DNA of 64,000 nt from the NCBI RefSeq assembly GCF_009914755.1, contig NC_060925.1, one strand, 5' to 3'. Positions 53,180 to 64,000 of the stretch are shown piece by piece (within the stretch, counting starts at the first letter, position 1; each line of letters starts with the position of its first letter). The translations under genes were made by a program, and so were the position numbers. The notes under the pieces are model-generated. The model was not told the origin of the DNA. It ran no database searches and was given only the letters and a program-made list of their open reading frames with translations. This DNA comes from the human T2T-CHM13v2.0 reference genome, Homo sapiens.

Positions 53180-55050
53180 CAGTTTCTGTGCCTGATCAGG
53201 GGGTTTGTGACTCTCCCCTTCATTCTGTGTTCTTTTTGTCTTCGGTTAGTACTTCTGCTGTTGGGGTTCTTAACTCTGGTGTGATCCAAATTTTGATTCT
53301 TCACAGGTCTAAGCCATTGCAAGTCCTGCTGTTGTCTTCCATTAACCAGTAGACATGGCAATACTAGGTGATACCCCACAAAATCCCCTAAGTTTCATTT
53401 ATATTCCTCCTGCCTCCATTGTGTAGGAGTAACTCAATTTCCCTTTGGCAGTAAGGGTTAGGCCTCTCAGCTTGTACTATAACTCCTCTTTCACTTGTTC
53501 TCCTAGTTCCATGAGGAACCCCAAATGGCTGGGTGATAGTAGGTTGTTTTGATTTGATAGAATCATTGTTTCATCCCCTGGTGGAAGCACTTCTTTGCTG
53601 TGTGGTAAGACCTCTAACCAAGCACATCACAGAGTTTCAGGGATGGGAAGAAGATATCTTAGGAGTAGGTTAAGAGGTGTAATAGTGAGGTACCACTCCC
53701 TCTTCCACTCTTTGAATACTGACTCTACATATTTAGGTTATGGGTAAGAGCACCATATGGAGTTTGCTGGCTCAGAGCACATTCTGTATCCCGTGGGATA
53801 GAATCTCAACATCACATGATGATGTATATGGGAACCTTTGATAGACTATTCTGTAAGGCTAACTGCTTTTGAATGATGGGATAAGACTAGTGAATCCCAT
53901 AGCCCATCGTCTGACTTCATTTGCTACAAAGTGAGGTCATTAGACAAAAGTGATGTTATGTCTGATAACATGACAGTGACTAAGATGGTCAGTATGTCCA
54001 TGGATGGTGAAACTGGCAGACACGTTGGTGAATTTGGAAAGCAGATTCACATCGAGAATAAGGGACGACTCTCTGGCCCCTCCAAAACAGAAGAGGTCTA
54101 GTGTAATCAGCCTGATACCAGAATATGGAAGGTCATAGAAAACCGGCAAATTAGGGACTCAGCTGTGCTAGTAGCCAGGTTAATCTTGGTGAGAGGCTGT
54201 CCACATTGTTGATCCTGTGCAAAGCTTTCATTGCTGCCATTGCAGCTACTTTGGTGATGAGCCCATTAGGACGGCTGTGGAAAGAGGCTGGCTGATGTGC
54301 ACAGGCCATGCTACCTTGTTATTTAGACTGCCGGGCCCTTTTGTTGAGTATTTACATGGGTCACAAATATCTCCCCTGGGCTCATTTTGAGGTGTTCATT
54401 TATATGCCTCTTTCCTGATTTTAAACGTCTCCTTATTAACATTTATCCAATTGAATTCCTTCCACAATCCTAACTATCCCAGGAAACTATTGGACACTCC
54501 CATGAATCAGTTTTAGATTCTTACAGACAAATTGGCCAATGGCATGTACCACTTGAAATTCCACCCACTGTGAGGCTTTTTCCTTGTTTGCTGTCCTTTG
54601 GGGCCATCTCACATATAAGGTTGCAGCTGTTCATTTCCAGCAGATTCCATCATATCTTGGGCAGTCATCAGTGAACAGAGCTGTTTCCCCTCCTCTACCA
54701 AGTCCTCTTGGGGCCTTAGGTGTGGGATGAGAGAAGGATAGCCACATAGCAGGAGTCAGCATATTGGGAGGAGGAGTTCTCTTTTCCTGCAACTTAATTG
54801 TGACCTCAGGATTCTCCGTGTTTGTGTGTGTGTGTGTGTGTGTATACACATGTGTATGTATCCATTGATAATGGAATGCTTCCTGATATTGTGGCTAGGT
54901 GGATCAGATAACTCTAGTTGATAATGGACCACTCAGGTAACATGGTTCTTTGGTGTCCTGTGGTCAGGGATAGCTCACCTGGTGAATGAATTAGAGTGGC
55001 CTGCACAGTTACATACATATCACCTCCAAATTCCGAAGAGGTCTACCAAA
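53180..55050 (-). mobile_element. Ancient ERVL-class internal region (pol/integrase/dUTPase-end remnants)
   Basis: The minus strand reads ...gacctgtgaagaatcaaaatttggatcacaccag...agcagaagtactaaccgaagacaaaaagaacacagaatg, resembling the ERVL 3' pol end; tcccctggtggaagcac is also typical. Confidence 0.6.
54823..54843. repeat. (TG)~10 microsatellite
   Basis: Read directly. Confidence 0.9.
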
Positions 55051-55389
55051 GCTGTGCCTCTTTCTTATGGATGAGTGGCATAAGGTAGACCAACTTGTCC
55101 TTTACTTGTGTCTTGAACTCCCAGAAACTGCTCTGAAGTGATATACCCACATATATATATGTATGTTTATTTCTGATATGCTCATACTTATTAAGGCATC
55201 TGGTATACCTGCCACTCCTAATTTTGTAGGTCCTATTGGCATGCTCTGTTCATGATTTTTCTTACGGTTATTTGGCTGTTTTAGGGTCTTTAGGTCTGTG
55301 AACTGACTCAGGTCTGGAAATTGGGTAAATGATCATGGTGGCTTAAGTTAAGCCTTGTTCACTAAAACTAGATTATTTGCCAGTTATAT

Positions 55390-55570
55390 AATGACAATAA
55401 AAATAACCGTAGTGGAAATGATAGCTAGCATATATTGAGCACTTAATCTGTGCCAAACACTGCTTTAAGAGCTTTATATTAGCCTATGTAATTCTCACAG
55501 CAGCCCTATGAGCAGATAGAATCGTATCGCTATTTTACAGTGAGGAAATGGAGACACAGAGAGGTTCAAC
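55390..55570 (-). mobile_element. MIR
   Basis: atagctagcatatattgagcactta..tgtgccaaacactg...ttttacagtgaggaaatggagacacagagagg. Confidence 0.8.
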
Positions 55571-56844
55571 TTGAGTATCTGTCTGTCTAAGGTCTATGGA
55601 CCTCATGATCAGTTGCCCTTCTCCAAACATCCCAGTGAATCAGAGCATCTGACCGCCAGGAAGGCCATGTGGCTTACTGTGGTCATCATGCACACGTCAC
55701 CTTGGGGTTAAGTGGCATTATTTAGTCTATTACTTAAGGGGTTTGGTGTCCGCATTGAAATAAAGAATTTCGTTGTCTCTTAACAGCATCCTCAGCCCAC
55801 AGAGAATGGCCTTGGCAACACATTTCTGAGACGCTTGTGCTCCCCTCACTAATGTATTTATTTCTCAAATTCTCAGTGAAGGGAGTGTCTTCTGAGCTCT
55901 CTTGGGGGCATAATTAGGGAGTGGGCTAGCAGGTCACACATGATAAATCCACTCAGACATTCTTATCTCCTGAAATCATTTTATTACTTCCTCTCTTGAC
56001 TTCCCAAAGAATTTCTGGCATCTCAGCCCCATACATATGGGCAGCTGTGGTGTCTGGGTTTCCAAACTCATACAGTCAGCTCCACTCCCAGCTGCTGCAG
56101 CTGGCATGTGGAATCCTGACTTGCTGGTAAGTGTGCTCATATTGATCATTCCACCCCATCTATTTAGTCTTCTTCCCTCCATCTAGATTCCTTAGAATCC
56201 CACATATATAGGTCAGAGTTTTGCTAATGTAAAGTAGAAAAACCTTGTGGTTCTTTTGGAGTGAAAGCCTTGTAATAGGCCCCTTGGGGCATGCTGGGGC
56301 TCATTTCTAGACAGTGAGGCGTGATGAGCAGGAGAGATGAAGAAAATCTGCTTCTCTTGCAAAGTAATTCCTTCATGAGACTTCATTAAAAGGGTCTTCA
56401 GGTAAGGCCAGATCAGCCTCATCTGAAAGCCTTACACAGGGAGAAAGGGGCTGTCGCTGCTGACAAGTGATGTTCCCTGAGGTTTGGGGACTTGGGCTTT
56501 TCTTAATCACCTTAAATCTCTGTTTTAGTTTTTAGGAGTTTCACTCTTTGTAGATTGGTAGCCCAGTCTATAGATACCTTGCAAGGGTGAGAATTCAGCT
56601 GACATTGTAATTTAATAAAGCTAAGGATAAAACTTCTGGGGTTTTTTGTTTATTGAGCCCGCTGACTAGAAGAGATAAGAGATGGTTTTTAGCAGAGGCC
56701 AAGAAGGTCCCTGGGTTTCAGTCCATACCCTAAGCTGAGAATTTAGGAATTGGAGCCTGTCATTCTCCTCTTACTCTCATTCTTTACGCTCTGCTTGGCA
56801 GCCTACACCATATTTCTTGGAATTAAAGACATCATGCCCTTAGT

Positions 56845-57270
56845 AGTTGTAAGTTGGGTTCCCCAGGGAGGCTAGTTTGTAGGTGTTTATTAGGGTGTTC
56901 TCTTGAGATTAATTCCTGTAGGAGGAAAGGGGTGGAAGGAGGGCCTGACAGAGGGAGGAGCCAACTGTGACGCAGTCTTCATGGAAGCTCCAGTCGATTC
57001 TGTAGGGAGTTCTGCAGGTTGGGTAATTCTTTGGAGTGGTCCCAAGCAGAGTGAGGAGGCTAAGCCTTTCTACCCCCATGGCAATCAGTCCTTGGATGTA
57101 GCCCACCCCAGAAAGGCTTGGGTGAGGTAGCTTTCCTGAGTGGACGCAATCCCCAGTGGAGGTAATCCCCAGCTGAGAGTTTCTGCTGGTCACTTCCCAT
57201 CAGCTGGGACAGTGAGTCCTTCATTGCCTAAGGAAATCTGGGCAGTGCATCCTAGTATTCCCCATAATAG
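56845..57270. mobile_element. LTR16-family (ERVL) solo LTR
   Basis: cagagggaggagccaactgtgacgcagtc...gggagttctgcagg...aagcctttctacccccatggcaatcagtccttggatgt. Confidence 0.7.
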
Positions 57271-57519
57271 TGTTTTGTGGAATTGTCTACTCGGTCACCC
57301 AGTCTTGGCTTCAGTGGTTGCTTCTTTCCAGGTGACTCCAGACAGTAATTTGATGAACAATTTCAACACTGTGTACCTGGAGCTTCCAGACTCTCACTGT
57401 TGATTAGTAGCTGGATTTTCACTGCCTTGAGCTCCAAAGCATCAAGACAGCCAAATCTAGGTTCCCTAGTTTTTCCTGAGTGTCTGATGCTGACGGGTAC
57501 TGAGTATCAGTTTCTTGAA

Positions 57520-57770
57520 CCTATCAGTTTCTTCTTTGGAAGTAGGAGAAACCAACTTTGGATGATTTATGCAGAAAATAAGATTCATTAAAAGGAAAAT
57601 GAGTAGCTCATAGAATCACAGGGCTCTGAACTCAGAGGACTGAATCCAGGCTATGCAGCCAGGACTCAAACCCCACAATATGCCACAGTTTGTGAGGATG
57701 CCACCCCCTCCTAGTGTAACTTGAACTAGCCACTGCGTGCTGCCACTAATGTCACTGCCACTAGAGTGTG
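57520..57770. mobile_element. Old MLT1-type LTR fragment
   Basis: agaaaccaactttggatgatttatgcagaaaataagattcattaaaagg...gtagctcatagaatc. Confidence 0.5.
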
Positions 57771-58501
57771 CTTGTCCAGTGGACAGGGCCTATTCAAAGT
57801 GCAGAGGAACCTGCAGGGACTGTGTGATGTGGATGGAGGGTAAGGAATGAGGAACAGGAGAGGGACTGTGGTCAAGTTTCACAAATGCCCATGTTGATTT
57901 TAGACAGCAGCAGCTTGTTGAATGGCTTGAGAATCTGAGTTGCAAATGAGGCCTCATGGGAGTTACATAGGAAATCTGAAGCCTGCTGGGCCCAGAGGGA
58001 CAGAAAACTCAGTAATTTTTTTTATAGAGGTGCTGGTCTGAATGTCAAGTGTCTTTGCCAAAAGAGACCTTGCTCGCTTTTCCAATCAATCTTTCTCTGC
58101 ACCCTCTGGCTGTCAAGTAGTTACCTAAGTGAGTTTTTTGGTGGTTATTCTACAAATATGATAATTTTTCAAATTATTTGCATTTTAATGTCAGTGAAAG
58201 TCAAGCTTGTCTTTAGATTTTGACAAGGATAGCCCTATGGCTCACCAAAGATATTAGTTCAAATTGTTCTTTTTAATAGTATAGTGATAATAGTAATATA
58301 TTTTCGTCACCATGAAAGTGGAAATGATTGGTAGTTGGAAAAAGTATTTGTTCATTGACATCTTCTCCAATTTGTAATTAAGAGCAACAAATAATCTGCT
58401 AGACATTTTAACACACAATAAATATATATATAAACAGATATACACGTAAACATGTGTATATGTATATATATGTACACACACATATATACACACACACACA
58501 C

Positions 58502-61461
<2,960 letters not shown>

Positions 61462-61470
61462 GATATATAA

Positions 61471-61785
<315 letters not shown>

Positions 61786-62526
61786 AACACACAAACGAGT
61801 TTCAAACAGTGGTCACTTGTTGACTAGTGAGCATAATAGTGCGGAGAATATAAAATAGAATTGTGCTAGTATCTCTCCCTAGCCCCCTCTGCCTTTACTA
61901 TTTGCCTTCTGCATTTTGTCCAGATAATCTACAAGGATTTGCAAGCCCTATGTTCTTTACAGACTATTTTCTTTTTTTCCTTTTAAAAGGTCACCTTGGC
62001 TTCAGAGCTTTCAACCTACTTTGAAAGCTTACCGTATTATGAACTTTTCCTCATGTGGTGAAATAATCTTTTAAATTTCATTCTTTTAGAGTATATTTTT
62101 TACTAGTTTTAAGGTATTCCTTTCTATGGCTTTACTGTAATTTAGTTAACCAATTCTCTGTTGTTGATTATTTAAAATTTTGCCTCATTATAAATAAGGC
62201 TTTAGTGAACATATTTACATAACCCTTTTAAAATTCACCTGGGATGATTTCCTCAGGGTAATTTCCTAGGTCAAAGGCTTTTGCAACTCATTGCCAAACC
62301 AGACTTGAGGGAAGGTAGTGTCATTTTTCTTTGTTGACATCAGCAGTGTTTGAGAGAGGTGGTTGGTGGTGGACTGATTTTTTGTTAATGCAATTGATTT
62401 CTATTTAGAAGGCTAGACATCTCCTGCCACCTGCCCCACCCTTCTCTATTTTCTGGATTCTCCTTCCCTGCTATCCTCTTAGGGTGCTTGTGAACATTCC
62501 TTTGCTCTTGGACAGTTACAGGCTCT

Positions 62527-62671
62527 TTTTTTTTTTTAATTCTGTAAGTTTTAGGGTACATGTGCACAACGTGCAGGTTAGTTACATATGTATTCATGTG
62601 CCATGTTGGTGTGCTGCATCCATTAACTCATCATTTAACATTAGATATATCTCCTAATGCTATCCCTCCCC
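62527..62671 (-). mobile_element. 5'-truncated L1PA4/5-like 3' stub with 8-bp TSD
   Basis: T tract then aagttttagggtacatgtgcacaacgtgcagg...gctatccctcccc. TSD caggctct at 62519-62526 and 62672-62679. Confidence 0.88.
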
Positions 62672-62699
62672 CAGGCTCTATCTTTGAATATGGAGCAAG

Positions 62700-62900
62700 C
62701 TGCAGTCAGGGGCCATCTAAGCAGCCAACTGTGGGAAGAGCGCAAAGGGCGGAGCCTGTGGGAGATTCTCTTGTCGGGTGGGCGAGGGTGTGGAACTCTG
62801 GCCTCGTCCCCAGCCTTTTGGAACTGAGCTTTCCCAAAAGACAACTGGGGCCTCACGGGAGCCTTACAGGGCTTCTTGGAGGTCAGATTGCCTGAGTATT
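62700..62900. promoter_or_regulatory. GC/CpG-retaining patch; candidate intronic enhancer or weak promoter
   Basis: GC box GGGCGGAG (62747-62754), gggtgggcg, gagggtgtgg and TGTGGGAA (62730-62737); several CpGs within an AT-rich context. Confidence 0.35.
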
Positions 62901-63149
62901 GAGGTTATGAACCTACCGCTTATATATATGAGTTTTTAGATAGCAGAAACTTTTCTTCTTGAAAGATTATTGTTTGAAGCCTTTCAAATATGTTCTTCCT
63001 GTTTATGGAAAAAATACCATATTAACCAAGATACCAATCACTGGATGCTAGGAATAATGGGACGATCAGGACTTTGGGATTGTGGGGTGTAAAACTTGCT
63101 CTACAATGATGTGACCTTGTTAAAAAGCAGAATGTTTCTGCAGTTGTGT

Positions 63150-63670
63150 GCTGGCTTTTCATTGAGCTTAGAATAAAGCCAGTCTGATCCTCCTTAACAA
63201 AACACCACGTGGTCCGGCACCTGCCACCGTGACTCATCTCCTCCCACCCTTGCCCCGGCCTCTGTGCTCCTGCACTGTGGGCTTCCTGCTCATCTTCAGA
63301 AAGAGCAAGCATGGTGCCACCGCAGGGCGCTTTTATGAGCTGTTCCTTCATCTTAGAATGCTCTTGCCTTTCGTCATCATATGACTTCCTGTCATTCCCA
63401 TCTCTGCTTAAATGTCATTGCCCCAAAGAAGCTGTCCTTGGTGACTCAAAGAGAAACAGACAACCAGCGTTCTGCATCACCAGATTTTTTTCTGTGCGTA
63501 GGACTCATTGCCATGTGAAATTTTCCTCTTTTGTCTGCCTTCCATCCCAGAGTCTATGTTCCATGGACATAGGAACCTTAGTGAACTTGTTTGTCATGGT
63601 GTCCCCACTGCCTAAAACAATAGATAGCTAATAATTGACACTCCATAAATATTTGTTGAATATATGAGTA
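63150..63670 (+). mobile_element. L2 3' end
   Basis: gagcttagaataaagcc...gtgtccccactgcctaaaacaatag...ctccataaatatttgttgaat. Confidence 0.75.
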
Positions 63671-63930
63671 GTGCAGCGGGTCAGGCTAAACCCCTTTATA
63701 GGTTGTTAAAAGCAAGTATCCTCAATAGACTCATTTGGGGTCTGAAGATCTGAGCTTTAGTCTTAACCCCATATCCACTAATTCTGTGACGTTGGGAAAA
63801 CCACTTATCATCTCTGAATCTCAGTGTACTTATCTGTAAAATAAGAATCATAGTACTTACACAGAGAACCTCATATGGTGGTTGAGAGGAATAGCTGTGA
63901 CAGTAGATGTGCAAGCTGTCTGTAAGCTTT
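63670..63930 (+). mobile_element. MIR
   Basis: ctgtgacgttgggaaaaccacttatcatctctgaatctcagtgtacttatctgtaaaataagaatcatagtac. Confidence 0.8.
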
Positions 63931-64000
63931 TCAACAAATGGACATTATCTCTACTGGTTTATTACAAGTAATTACAGGAGACTACCATAGGGTGCTTCCA

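Overview
Human genomic DNA: an AluYa5 element and an L1PA2-type LINE are present. The window is the middle of HHAT (Hedgehog acyltransferase, MBOAT family), transcribed on the + strand. Four internal coding exons read directly from the sequence with canonical AG/GT boundaries: 4137-4250, 17137-17331, 21132-21347 and 34817-34988. They probably correspond to exons 4-7 and residues ~D54-G286; this numbering is from memory of the 493-aa protein. The start codon and the catalytic C-terminal exons lie outside the window. The rest is intron packed with transposon relics: about 21 Alus, several L1s, a two-LTR MaLR provirus, an ERVL internal region, MIR, L2, MER5A and a half MADE1. Nearly all ORFs in the supplied track are repeat-derived or chance. 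I found no convincing new multi-gene system. The most unusual signals are: (i) four local copy-paste events, namely a perfect 89-bp tandem duplication, two direct dispersed copies and one inverted copy; (ii) a sense-oriented L1 stub that assembles a complete intronic poly(A) site after the last exon; (iii) a truncated L1PA2 whose target-site duplication (TSD) supplies an in-frame ATG for an endonuclease-less RT ORF; (iv) splice-regulatory architecture around three symmetric exons. Repeat subfamily calls come from remembered consensus sequences, and their boundaries are approximate.
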